Below are positions 23,046 to 33,512 of a stretch of DNA of 64,000 nt, piece after piece. Within the stretch, counting starts at the first letter, position 1. Each line of letters opens with the position of its first letter. This DNA comes from an uncultured delta proteobacterium (GTDB lineage: Bacteria; Myxococcota_A; Polyangia; Palsa-1104): the NCBI GenBank assembly GCA_963785725.1, contig CAWAWS010000002.1, positions 224,001-288,000 on the forward strand, read 5' to 3'. The notes under the pieces were generated by a model. That model made no database searches. It was not told where the DNA came from and was given only the letters and a program-made list of their open reading frames with translations. Both the position numbers and the translations under genes were made by a program.

Positions 23046-24355
23046 TTTCCCGCGAGCGCCCGCAAGAACGCCGCCGCCTTGACGCGCGTCTCGGCCAGCT
23101 CGTCGGCCGGCACCGAATCGGCGACGATGCCGCCGCCCACGCCCAGCGTCAGCTCGCCCTGCCGCACCACCGCCGTGCGAATCGCCAGCGCCAAATCGCA
23201 CGATCCCGACGGCCCGAGCCAACCGATCGCGCCGCAATAGACGCCGCGCCGCGTGCCTTCCAGCTCGTCGATGATCTCGACCGCGCGCAGCTTGGGCGCG
23301 CCCGTGATCGATCCGCCGGGCAGCGTCGCCGCCAACGTCTCGGCCAGCGGCGTATCGAGCGGCACCTTCGCCTTCACCGTCGACACCAGGTGCTGCACCG
23401 TCGGCAGCTGCAACAGCCGCGAGAAGCCGTCCACCGCGACGCTCCCGGTCTTCGCCACGCGCCCCAAGTCGTTGCGCAAGAGGTCGACGATCATGAGGTG
23501 CTCGGCGGCGTCCTTCGTCGCTCGGCGCAGCTCGTCGGCGAGCCGCGCGTCCTCGGCCGCGTCGGCGCCGCGCTTGCGCGTGCCCTTGATCGGCCGCGTC
23601 TCGACGAAGCCGGGCCGCGCGCGCAAGAACAGCTCCGGCGAGTTGCAGAGCACGGTGCAGCTGTCGGCGGACAAGTAAGCGCCGAGCGGCGCCGGCGCCA
23701 GCGCGCGCAGCCGTAAGTAGAGCGGCAACGCGTCGTGCGCGCCCAGCTGCGCATGCAGCCGATGCGACAGATTCACCTGATAGGCGTCGCCGGCGCGCAA
23801 ATACTCGAGCACCTGGTCGACGCGGCGCATGTACTCGGCGTCGGAGATGGCCCAGCGCGGCTGGTCGAGCTGCGGCGTCGCCAAGGGCGGCGGCGTGCGT
23901 TCGAGCCGATCGAGCAGCTGTCGCGCCGCCGCGCCGTCGAGCGCCAACACTTCGCACTTCCGGCCCTGCTTGCGCCAAACGGCCCGATAGCGCGCGAAGT
24001 CGACGCCGGGCAAGCCCAAGTCGTCGACGGCGGTCAGCCGGCGGCCGGCACTGCGCGCCAGCTGCTCGGCGCCGGCGTCATACGAAATCCAGCCGACGGC
24101 GAAGGGCCAAAATTCATCGACGGGTCCATGTTGCCAGCGACGCTGCGCGGCGCCGAGCAGCTGCAGCGGATCGCCAGCGTCGCCGAGCGACCAGACGAGC
24201 CCGTCGTCGGGATCGCAGCCGGCCCAGGTGACGCCGCCCAAGCCGTCGGCGTCGATGCCACCGTCGAGCAGAAACGGCCGCTCGCCGCGATGCAGCCGGC
24301 GCAGCGCCTCGCCCGGCTCAAGCGCCGGCGCTGGAACCCGGATCATGACCGCCAC
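23042..24355 (-). CDS. pabB: Chorismate-binding enzyme, aminodeoxychorismate synthase component I (PabB-like)
   Basis: GDAYQVNLS, NSPELFL, RPIKGTR, EHLMIVDLLRNDLG, PGGSITGAPK, YCGAIG, GGGIV; PIKGT favours PabB over TrpE. Confidence 0.8.
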   Translation of the reverse strand: MAVMIRVPAPALEPGEALRRLHRGERPFLLDGGIDADGLGGVTWAGCDPDDGLVWSLGDAGDPLQLLGAAQRRWQHGPVDEFWPFAVGWISYDAGAEQLARSAGRRLTAVDDLGLPGVDFARYRAVWRKQGRKCEVLALDGAAARQLLDRLERTPPPLATPQLDQPRWAISDAEYMRRVDQVLEYLRAGDAYQVNLSHRLHAQLGAHDALPLYLRLRALAPAPLGAYLSADSCTVLCNSPELFLRARPGFVETRPIKGTRKRGADAAEDARLADELRRATKDAAEHLMIVDLLRNDLGRVAKTGSVAVDGFSRLLQLPTVQHLVSTVKAKVPLDTPLAETLAATLPGGSITGAPKLRAVEIIDELEGTRRGVYCGAIGWLGPSGSCDLALAIRTAVVRQGELTLGVGGGIVADSVPADELAETRVKAAAFLRALAGN

Positions 24356-25112
24356 CGTCGGGTGCGGTCGGCGCAGTCGGCGGCGTCGGCGGCGCGGCGT
24401 CGCCCGGCGCAGCCACCGTCGGCGGCGACGCGGCGTCGCCCGGCGCAGCCACCGTCGGCGGCGACTGCGCCTGCACCGCGCGAACGAACCGCAAGAAGTA
24501 GTCGAGCGCCGAGATCCATGACATCGCCAGCGCGAGGTATAGCGTGATCATCCCGACCGCGTGATAATTAATCAGCAGCCGCTCGTCGCGAAACGTGACG
24601 TTCTCGAGCCCCCACACCGGATAACGAAAGTGAATCAGCAGGAACAGCGTCCCCACGAGCTGCAGCGCCGTCTTCTGCTTGCCCTGATCCGACGCCGAGA
24701 TGACGAGGCCCTCGGTCGTCGCGATCGAGCGTAAGCCGGTGATGGTCAGCTCGCGCGCCAACAGCGCCACGACGAGCCACGGCGGACAGCGATCCATCGC
24801 CGTCAAATAGACGAGCACCGCCGTCACGATGAGCTTGTCGGCGAGCGGATCGAGGAACTTGCCGAGCACGGAGATCTGCTTGTTCTTGCGCGCCAAATAG
24901 CCGTCGAGCACGTCGGTGAGCGCGGCGCCGAGATAAATGAGGGTGGCGATGAACGAGCGAGTCGGCGAATAGTTATCGATGAAGTACAGGACGAGCGGGA
25001 TGCACAGGATGCGCCCCATCGTCAGCAGATTCGGCAGATACGTCGACTCCGCGCGCAGGTTGGTCGCGCGCCGCTTCTTGCGCCGACGCCCGCGGATTCG
25101 CTCGAACGCCAT
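24318..25112 (-). CDS. pgsA: CDP-diacylglycerol--glycerol-3-phosphate 3-phosphatidyltransferase
   Basis: PNLLT.GR, DVLDGYLAR...GKFLDPLADK (CDP-alcohol phosphotransferase motif), GK.KT. Confidence 0.92.
   Translation of the reverse strand: MAFERIRGRRRKKRRATNLRAESTYLPNLLTMGRILCIPLVLYFIDNYSPTRSFIATLIYLGAALTDVLDGYLARKNKQISVLGKFLDPLADKLIVTAVLVYLTAMDRCPPWLVVALLARELTITGLRSIATTEGLVISASDQGKQKTALQLVGTLFLLIHFRYPVWGLENVTFRDERLLINYHAVGMITLYLALAMSWISALDYFLRFVRAVQAQSPPTVAAPGDAASPPTVAAPGDAAPPTPPTAPTAPDGGGHDPGSSAGA
24393..24465. repeat. 36-bp tandem duplication in the pgsA 3' tail
   Basis: cgcggcgtcgcccggcgcagccaccgtcggcggcga x2, encoding SPPTVAAPGDAA repeats. Confidence 0.85.
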
Positions 25113-25258
25113 TAAACGCGGTCTCCTGGCTCGTAACCCATCGCGCGACCGAGCGTCTGACGCGGCGGCGCCGGCTCACACGGCCGAACGTCTGCGGCGC
25201 GGGCTCCTGGCGTCGTCCTTGTCTCGCGCTCGTCTCCCAACCCAGGTGACATGGTTCG

Positions 25259-26614
25259 CTACAACGCCGCCGCCGGCTCCTCGAGAATGAGCACGCCCTC
25301 GCCCGTGCATTCGATGTAGGGCGTCGGCTCGCCGTCTTGGCCGTGCAGCACGCGCGGCACGACGCGGCCGATCCAGCCGAGCAGCGCCGTCGCTTCCACG
25401 AACATGGGCTGATCGGGCTCGATCTTGAGCGAGAACGCCGCCCGCGCCGCGCGCAACACGAGCCGCCCGGTGCCGCGGAACTGCACGACGCGCATCGAGT
25501 CCGGGCCGCCCGCCGGCACGCGCCCGTTCTCCCAGTGCAGCGACTCCTCGAACGCGAACAGCCCCGCTTCGCGCACGTACAAGATGTCCTCGGCCAGCGC
25601 CAACGCCGTGAAGCGCGCGCCGCGCGGCGCCACGACGACGACGCCATTGCCGACCGCGTTGAACATCGCGTCCGCGCCGTCGCCGAACGGCTCGTCCGTC
25701 GGCTGGCCGCGCACGCGCCGGCTCATCGGCTGGAACACCAAGTTGCCCGAGGACGCGATGGCGCCGAACGTGCGCGTCGGTAGCTTGCCGTCGACGCGCA
25801 CGACGAGCATGCCGCCTTCGGCGAGCGCGAACGGCTCGCCCATCGCGCCGGCGCGCAAGAGGCGCGCGGTCGCGAACGCCGCCACCGGCAACGGCGGCGT
25901 CAACACCAGCGGCTCGAAGCGCCCCGTCGTCGCCGGACCTTCAGGCCCGGGCAACGGCGGCCGCTCGCCGTGCTCGCGCAGCTGCCAGGCGCCGGCGCGC
26001 TTGGCCTCCGTCGACGGCGACTCCAGCTCCACCGCCGCGAACGGCTGCTCGCCGTCGAGCACGCGCTCGCCCTCGTTGGCCGCGCGGCGCAGATCGCTGC
26101 GCGCCGACACCGCCTCTTCGCCGAGGTGCGCCATGCGCTCTTCGACTTGCCGCGCCAGCTCTTCTTGACCGGCGCGATGAAACGCCTCGCGCGCCGGCGC
26201 CAGCTCACCGGCGCGCATCAACGCCAAGCCGAGATAGCCTTGGGCGCGCTGATTGAGCGGCTCGGCGTCGACGACGCGCTTCAAATTCTCGGCCGCTTCG
26301 GCGTGCCGGCCCATGCGCAGCTCGACGAGCCCCAAGTTCAGCCGCAGCGCCGCGTCGTCGGGATAGATGCGACAGAGCTGCAAGTAGACCGCGAGCGCCT
26401 CCTCGTACCGCGAGGCGCGAAACAGGAACAGCCCGCGCAGATTGCGCGCGCGCAAATCCTGCGGCCGAATCCGCAGCGCGTTCTCGATTTCGCGCTCGGC
26501 CTCGTCGAGCCGCTCGCCGCGCAAGAGCTCGCCGGCGCGCTGCAGGTGCTCCGACAGCCGCCGCTCGTCTTCGACAGGCACCGGCGCTCCAGATTCCGTC
26601 GTGAGCTCGCTCAT
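25259..26614 (-). CDS. TPR repeat plus AIM24-like domain protein
   Basis: N-terminal TPR-like helices (LRLNLGLVELRMGRHAEA); C-terminal YVRE..LFAFE..L..ENG and G.G.L/V.L segments typical of AIM24. Confidence 0.75.
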   Translation of the reverse strand: MSELTTESGAPVPVEDERRLSEHLQRAGELLRGERLDEAEREIENALRIRPQDLRARNLRGLFLFRASRYEEALAVYLQLCRIYPDDAALRLNLGLVELRMGRHAEAAENLKRVVDAEPLNQRAQGYLGLALMRAGELAPAREAFHRAGQEELARQVEERMAHLGEEAVSARSDLRRAANEGERVLDGEQPFAAVELESPSTEAKRAGAWQLREHGERPPLPGPEGPATTGRFEPLVLTPPLPVAAFATARLLRAGAMGEPFALAEGGMLVVRVDGKLPTRTFGAIASSGNLVFQPMSRRVRGQPTDEPFGDGADAMFNAVGNGVVVVAPRGARFTALALAEDILYVREAGLFAFEESLHWENGRVPAGGPDSMRVVQFRGTGRLVLRAARAAFSLKIEPDQPMFVEATALLGWIGRVVPRVLHGQDGEPTPYIECTGEGVLILEEPAAAL

Positions 26615-26639
26615 CGGCGCACCTGCTCGGAAACCCATT

Positions 26640-26866
26640 GATCCGCTGGCCCTACGGGCCGGACGCTCACGCCCGCTCGCTCACGCTCGCTCTTCGGCGT
26701 TCGCCTCGAGCAATCCCCTCGATCCGCTGGCCCTACGGGCCGGACCTCACGCCCGCTCGCTCACGCTCGCTCTTCGGCGTTCGCCTCGAGCAATCCCCTC
26801 GATCCGCTGGCCCTACGGGCCGGACGCTCACGCCCGCTCGCTCACGCTCGCTCATCGGTCCTCGAG
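26640..26866. repeat. Tandem array of about 2.8 copies of an 81-bp REP-like unit
   Basis: Unit gatccgctggccctacgggccggacgctcacgcccgctcgctcacgctcgctcttcggcgttcgcctcgagcaatcccctc starts at 26640, 26721 and 26801. Confidence 0.95.
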
Positions 26867-26880
26867 AACTTACACCAGTT

Positions 26881-27558
26881 TCAGATGGGCTGCGCGGCCT
26901 TGAACTTGTAGTAGTGCTTGAGGACCATTTTGACGTAGGCCTGCGTCGTCTCGTACGGCGGCACGCCTTTGTACTTCAGGATCGCGCCCGGCCCCGCGTG
27001 ATAAGCCGCGATCGTCAGCACCAAATCGCCCTTGAAGCGATTGGCGTTCACCCGCAAGAGCCGCGTCCCGCCGAGGATATTTTCGCGCGGCTCGAACACG
27101 TTCATGACGTGCTGCTCCTTCTGCACGTCCGGCATCAGCTGCATCAGCCCCTTGGCCGCCGCGCACGACACGACGCGCGGATCGTAGTCGCTCTCCACTT
27201 TGATGATCGCGCGAATGAGCGCTTGCGGTAACGCGTACAGCCGCGACGCTTCGGCGATGAACGCGTCATAACGCGTGTACCGATCGGGCGCGCGATCGGT
27301 GGCCGGCACGACGTCGGCGCGCGACTCGGCACAGCCCGCGAACGACGTCGGGCCCGCGGCGCCGCTGATCATCCCGGCTTTGCCCGGCCCGGTCTTGTAC
27401 AGCGTCGTCCACTTGTGCCCGGTGCCACGCGGCGGCGCCAGGTTGGTGAAATGCACGACGCCGTCCTTGTCCTCGAACGAGTAAATGTCGGCGCGCGCCG
27501 TCGCCGACAGCGTCAACAGCGACGACACGAGAGCCAACAGCGCCAACCTGAGCTGCAC
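26881..27558 (-). CDS. Lytic transglycosylase (SLT) with N-terminal DUF4124-like domain
   Basis: Signal peptide, DIYSFEDKDGVVHFTN, IKVESDYDP..VS..AKGLMQLMP, AAYHAGPG, PPYETT..YV. Confidence 0.9.
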   Translation of the reverse strand: MQLRLALLALVSSLLTLSATARADIYSFEDKDGVVHFTNLAPPRGTGHKWTTLYKTGPGKAGMISGAAGPTSFAGCAESRADVVPATDRAPDRYTRYDAFIAEASRLYALPQALIRAIIKVESDYDPRVVSCAAAKGLMQLMPDVQKEQHVMNVFEPRENILGGTRLLRVNANRFKGDLVLTIAAYHAGPGAILKYKGVPPYETTQAYVKMVLKHYYKFKAAQPI

Positions 27559-27636
27559 GGGCCCAGATCGTACCGCGCCCGTCGGAGTTTGCAAAATCGC
27601 CGCGCAACGATATAGGAGGCACATGAGCCGTTCGTC

Positions 27637-29226
<1,590 letters not shown>

Positions 29227-29290
29227 ATCCTCGTACCGTCGTTATCTCGTCGGAAACCCTAGGCGAGCCGCGCCCTAGGTTTCCGGACAT

Positions 29291-29325
29291 AAAAAAGACC
29301 CGGTCGCACTATGCGGCCGGGCCTT
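29291..29325 (-). terminator. Intrinsic terminator of the Cys-rich lipoprotein gene
   Basis: Minus strand ggcccggccgca-tag-tgcgaccgggtc followed by T6. A second hairpin cggaaacc(c)tagg...cctaggtttccg at 29251-29285 follows nadB. Confidence 0.75.
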
Positions 29326-29353
29326 GCCCTCGTGGGCTTACGATGGCCGTCGG

Positions 29354-30007
29354 TCAGCCCGCGGGGCGGTAGTCGGCGCGGCAGACGCCCGAGTCGCAGA
29401 ACGCGTTCGTTCCGCACTGCGCGGTCGTCGAGCAAGTCGGGTGGCAAGTGGCGTTGATGCAGCGGTACGCGGCGCCGCAATCGCTGTCCCACAAGCACTG
29501 CGCCGTGGTCGGCGCGGCATCGCTGCAGTAGCCGCTGGCGCAGGCCTGGCCCAGCGCGCAGTCGGTCGTCGAGCCGCAGCTCGTGTGGCACTGGCCGTTG
29601 GCGCAGACGCGACCCTGGCCGCAGGCCGTGTCGCTCGAGCACAGGACGACGGTCGATTCGCCGCACGCCGTGCCCGTGTTGCAGCGGCCGTTGTTGCAGG
29701 TCTGGCCCGCGGCGCACTGGTTGCTGGCGCTGCAGGGCGCGACACACTGCCCGACGGTACAGACGAGGCCCGACGTGCAGTCGCTGTCGACCGAGCACGG
29801 CGCCGTCGGGTTCTGCCCGTTCGTCGTCGTGCCGCCGCCGCCACCCTTCGAGCTGGTGCCGGTGCCGCCGCCGCTACCCGTCGTTGTCGTGCCGCCGCCG
29901 CCGACCGTGGTCGTCGAGGGATTGTTGCGCGTGCACGCGCCGGCCGCAGCCAACAAGAGGCTCGCAGCCACCACACCAAGCAAGCTTCTGAGATTCGGGC
30001 GCGACAT
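29354..30007 (-). CDS. Cys-rich repeat lipoprotein (myxobacterial type)
   Basis: AAGAC lipobox, Gly/Thr linker, six repeats of C..D..C..G..C..G.C; GGAG RBS. Confidence 0.85.
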   Translation of the reverse strand: MSRPNLRSLLGVVAASLLLAAAGACTRNNPSTTTVGGGGTTTTGSGGGTGTSSKGGGGGTTTNGQNPTAPCSVDSDCTSGLVCTVGQCVAPCSASNQCAAGQTCNNGRCNTGTACGESTVVLCSSDTACGQGRVCANGQCHTSCGSTTDCALGQACASGYCSDAAPTTAQCLWDSDCGAAYRCINATCHPTCSTTAQCGTNAFCDSGVCRADYRPAG

Positions 30008-30149
30008 CGTGCTCCTCCGAGCGGTTGAAAGCATGCGTCGAGGGTCGCGGATACAAGGCCTATGCCGCCACCAAACTACGCGAAACTGCTAGGCCCGCTA
30101 CGACTTCGTGAACATTGCTTCACAACGGCCGCTGTGAACGTTCATTACC

Positions 30150-30178
30150 TTGACCGGCTGCCGGTGCACTTCTACTGT
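30150..30178 (+). promoter_or_regulatory. Sigma-70-like promoter for the gene at 30187
   Basis: TTGACC (30150-30155), 17 bp spacer, TACTGT (30173-30178), ATG 8 nt later, no SD. Confidence 0.55.
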
Positions 30179-30186
30179 CGTTCCCG

Positions 30187-30819
30187 ATGCGCAGGGCGAC
30201 GCGGCTGGCGCTGTTGTTCTGTGGAATGACCACGTTCGGCTGTGCCCATGCGCCAGCGCGCCCGACCGCCGATCCTACGCCTCTATTGAGAGCGTGGGCG
30301 CACGCAATCGCCGCCGATCAGCCGGCCGACGCCTGGAAGCTGCTCTCCTCCGCCTTACGCAAGAACACGAGCGAGAACGACTTCGGGCTCGCCTGGCACG
30401 CCGCCGCCGCCGATCTGGCCACGCAGCAGCCTTGGCTGACCAAGCCGTGGACGCTCCGCCGCGCCGAGTCCGAGCTGCCCGATGGTCGCGCCATGCCGCT
30501 CGTGCGCGACGGCAACCTCTGGCGGCTGGCGGCCGTTCGACCCCAGCCCATCGGCGGCGATACGCCCGAAGACGCCATTCGTCGTCTGATCGCGGCAGTC
30601 GAATCGCGCGACTTCGACGCCATCCTGGGCCTTTTGGGCGAGCCTTTGCGTGCGACGGTGGAAAATTCTTTGGCGGATCGGCTGGAACATCTGAAAGCCG
30701 CTTTACACAAAGGCGGACTCGAAAGCTCGGGGAATCCGACGCGAATTCGCTATGATGCGCGCTATCACATCGACCTTGTACAAGAAAACGGGCGATGGCG
30801 GATAGCGGACTTTAATTAA
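30187..30819 (+). CDS. Hypothetical lipoprotein (NTF2-like repeats possible)
   Basis: TTFGC lipobox; two similar halves ending LVRDGNLWRL and LVQENGRWRI. Confidence 0.7.
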   Translation: MRRATRLALLFCGMTTFGCAHAPARPTADPTPLLRAWAHAIAADQPADAWKLLSSALRKNTSENDFGLAWHAAAADLATQQPWLTKPWTLRRAESELPDGRAMPLVRDGNLWRLAAVRPQPIGGDTPEDAIRRLIAAVESRDFDAILGLLGEPLRATVENSLADRLEHLKAALHKGGLESSGNPTRIRYDARYHIDLVQENGRWRIADFN

Positions 30820-30939
30820 CAGGATCGCTGTAAAATTCTGTGTGCGGCTACTCCCCCGGCCAGCGCTGCCACGGTCGCGGGGGGCTTTGACCCCGCGCGA
30901 TCGTAACCTACGACAGCCGTTCACGGATCGGTCGAAACC

Positions 30940-31112
30940 TCGGTGGCTTCGAGGCCCGCCACTGTGCGGATCTGTCACAGCGAGCCTTTGGGGGTGACTT
31001 TCTCCAGATCCCGCATTAACTTGATATAGCAGCGAAATGTTCACTTATTCGGTACACGGCATGGTTTGTGCTCAGTGGCAGATCCGCCTGGCACCATGCC
31101 TGGCCACAACCG
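30940..31112 (+). other. Candidate structured 5' leader RNA of cdnL
   Basis: gcggatctgtcac (30966-30978) is complementary to gtggcagatccgc (31075-31087), with nested outer helices and competing local hairpins. Confidence 0.4.
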
Positions 31113-31121
31113 GAGGAACCG

Positions 31122-31610
31122 ATGCTCGAATTTCAGGTAGGTGACAAGGCGGTGTATCCGGCGCAGGGGGTCGCGGAAGTCGTAGGTATCGATGCCAAGG
31201 AAATCTCCGGCAAGATGCACAAGTTCTACGTCCTGAAGGTCATGGACAGCGACATGCGCATCCTGGTTCCCGTCGATAAGGCCGAGCAGGTCGGCTTGCG
31301 TGAAGTCGTGCAAGAGGACCAAATCCGCGAAGTCTATGATATTTTGAAGGAAAAAGAGCTGCACATCGACAAGCAGACGTGGAACCGCCGGTATCGCGGC
31401 TTCATGGAGAAGATCAAGACCGGCAGCCTGTTCGAAGTGGCCGAAGTCTTTCGGGATTTGTATCGCTTGAAGGAGACCAAGACGCTCTCGTTCGGCGAGC
31501 GCCGCATGCTCGACACGGCCAAGAACTTGATTGTCAAAGAGCTTTCGGTCGCCAAGAACATCACCGAGGTCAAGGTCGAGAAGGAGCTGGAGAAGATCTT
31601 CAGCTGCTGA
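31122..31610 (+). CDS. cdnL: CarD family RNA-polymerase-binding factor (CdnL-type)
   Basis: FQVGDKAVYPAQGVAEV, WNRRYR, LSFGERRMLDTA; about 162 aa with no HMGA tail; GGAGG RBS. Confidence 0.92.
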   Translation: MLEFQVGDKAVYPAQGVAEVVGIDAKEISGKMHKFYVLKVMDSDMRILVPVDKAEQVGLREVVQEDQIREVYDILKEKELHIDKQTWNRRYRGFMEKIKTGSLFEVAEVFRDLYRLKETKTLSFGERRMLDTAKNLIVKELSVAKNITEVKVEKELEKIFSC

Positions 31611-31634
31611 CCGCGACGTAGGTCGTTTTACGCC

Positions 31635-31669
31635 AAGAGGCGGGCCGCGTAGGTCCGCCTCTTTCGTTT
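31635..31669 (+). terminator. Intrinsic terminator after cdnL
   Basis: aagaggcgggcc-gcgta-ggtccgcctctt followed by tcgttt. Confidence 0.75.
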
Positions 31670-31696
31670 GTGCCTGATTTTGGTTAGGATTTACTG

Positions 31697-32326
31697 ATGT
31701 ACCAGCGCCTCGTCACGCGAATTCGTGGCCTTCTGCGCGATCCGCGGCGCGAGCTGCCGCGGCTCATCGCCGAGCGCGGCGACCTCAAGGCGCTCTTGCC
31801 GACGGTGTTGATCCTGTCGGCGTTGGGTGCGGTCGTGCGCGGGCTCGGCCAAGGGCTCATCGGCACCTATCATGCGCCTGATGCCGTGCTCTTCGGCATG
31901 GCGGTCGGCGGCGGATTTCGCCGTCAGCCCGTGGCCGCGGCTCTCGCCGGTGTGCCGCTGTCGATCGCGCTCGAGGTCGGCGCCTGGTGGCTCTTTGGCT
32001 GGCTCTTGGCCGCGACGTCGCCGCAGTTCGGCGGTCGTCAAGACGAGCCGGCGGCGCGCAAAGCGGCGCTGGCGATCGCGACGCCGATCTGGCTCGCCGG
32101 GCCGTTCGCGCTCTTCGATTCGATTCCGCATCTCGGCTTCATTGCGCCGCTCGCGCACATCGCGGGGCTGGCGTACGGCGTGCTCATCGGCGTCTCGGCG
32201 CTGCCGCTCCTCCTCGGCACGCCGAATTCGAAGGCGCCGGTGCAGCTCTTGGCCACGCTCGGCATCAGCGCCGTCGCGCTCGGCGCCGTCTGGTACCTCG
32301 CCTTCACCGTCCTCCTGCCGACGTAA
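31697..32326 (+). CDS. Yip1-like membrane protein
   Basis: LLRDPRRE near the N-terminus, five hydrophobic segments, FGG...A...A.TP.W pattern. Confidence 0.7.
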   Translation: MYQRLVTRIRGLLRDPRRELPRLIAERGDLKALLPTVLILSALGAVVRGLGQGLIGTYHAPDAVLFGMAVGGGFRRQPVAAALAGVPLSIALEVGAWWLFGWLLAATSPQFGGRQDEPAARKAALAIATPIWLAGPFALFDSIPHLGFIAPLAHIAGLAYGVLIGVSALPLLLGTPNSKAPVQLLATLGISAVALGAVWYLAFTVLLPT

Positions 32327-33452
32327 ACCCTTGCGGGACTAGCTGTCGAGCGCGGGAGCCGGGGCGACGCTGGTGCGCTCGACGACGGCGTGCGACTCGA
32401 ATCCAGCCGTGCACGAGCGGGAACACTTCAGCCGGCGCCTCGCGACCAATGACGAGGTCGAAGTGGCCGTAGTTGACGCGCATTCCTTGCGCGCGCGAGC
32501 AGATGACGAACTGCTTGTCGCGCGAGCCGATGGCGTCGTGCGTGGCTTTGACGGCGTCGGGCGACGACAGCGCGTCGCGCGGACCGGCCAAGAACAGCGT
32601 CGGCACCGTGATGCTGCCGAGCTCGGCCCGATAGTCGCGGCGCTGATCGATGGCGCGAAAGACGTCGCGCATGATCCAGTCACTGTATTGAAGCAGCTCG
32701 TTGCGCGAGAAGTTGGCGATCATATTGACCATCGCCCGCCGTTGAATGCTGCCGTCGAGGTTCTCCGGGTTGTGAATGATCTGCATCGGCATGAGGTGGA
32801 CATGCCCGGAGAGCGGCGCCAGCACGCGCAACAGCCAGCGATGACGGAGAAAACGCACGCTGCGCAGAAGCCGGCCCGAGATCGCGCGGCCGAGCCGCTT
32901 GAACGACGCCGCGCCGCCGATCGAGACCAGCGACGCCACCGCCATCTGCCGGCGCGGATCGGACAGGAACGCGTAACAGGCCAGGGCGCCGGTCGAAAAG
33001 CCGACCAAATGCAACGATGTAGCGCCGGTCGCGCGGGCGATGACGGCAGCGGCGCAGGGCAGATCGCGCTCCGCGTAGTCGTCGAAGGACCAGTCGTAGC
33101 GAAGGCCGCTGAAGAGCCGAGGACGCAGCGAGTAGCCGCGTCCGCGCAGCTCGACGATCCAGACGTCGTGGCCGCGATCGCGCAGGTGACGCGCCAGTGA
33201 CAGCTCGTCGGTCAGGTCGAGGTTGTAGCGGTTGGCGGCGACGCCGTGCACGAGCAGCACCGGCGGCCGACCCGGCGTCGGCGCATCGGGACGATAGCGT
33301 AAAATCGCGATACGCCAACCATCCGACGTCGTTCCATATTGAATTTCATCAGGAAATCGCGGGACAAAGAAGTAGCGCGCGGCCAAAAAGCTGACGTAAC
33401 TGAGCAGCGCCAGGCCGACGATGCTGCCGATGACGATCGGGAGCCACGCCAT
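32304..33452 (-). CDS. Alpha/beta hydrolase with N-terminal TM (3' end possibly frameshifted)
   Basis: VLLVHG, ELRGRGYS, GFSTG nucleophile elbow, GPRD, YGHFDL. Confidence 0.85.
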   Translation of the reverse strand: MAWLPIVIGSIVGLALLSYVSFLAARYFFVPRFPDEIQYGTTSDGWRIAILRYRPDAPTPGRPPVLLVHGVAANRYNLDLTDELSLARHLRDRGHDVWIVELRGRGYSLRPRLFSGLRYDWSFDDYAERDLPCAAAVIARATGATSLHLVGFSTGALACYAFLSDPRRQMAVASLVSIGGAASFKRLGRAISGRLLRSVRFLRHRWLLRVLAPLSGHVHLMPMQIIHNPENLDGSIQRRAMVNMIANFSRNELLQYSDWIMRDVFRAIDQRRDYRAELGSITVPTLFLAGPRDALSSPDAVKATHDAIGSRDKQFVICSRAQGMRVNYGHFDLVIGREAPAEVFPLVHGWIRVARRRRAHQRRPGSRARQLVPQGFTSAGGR

Positions 33453-33512
33453 TTGCAGCGGATATTAGCTGAAATCTTGACGTTTTCAGGTCAAATGCGG
33501 AATATGCAGCGC

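Noticed and set aside
24393..24465. Functional significance of the pgsA 36-bp repeat
   Set aside because: It lies in a low-complexity Pro/Ala tail beyond the catalytic domain and is most simply local slippage.
26640..26866. CRISPR array
   Set aside because: Units are identical end to end with no unique spacers, and there are no cas genes in the window.
26638..27231. Repeat-encoded protein (IRWPYGPDAHARSLTLAL...)
   Set aside because: It is a translation of the DNA repeat running antisense into the transglycosylase gene, with no independent support for expression.
29354..30007. RiPP precursor or metallothionein
   Set aside because: The lipobox and regular 4-Cys repeats match common myxobacterial disulfide-rich surface proteins, and no modifying enzymes are adjacent.
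30930..31110. 6S RNA, tRNA or a known riboswitch upstream of cdnL
   Set aside because: No cloverleaf or recognisable aptamer consensus and no clear 6S central bubble by eye; kept only as an unassigned structured leader.
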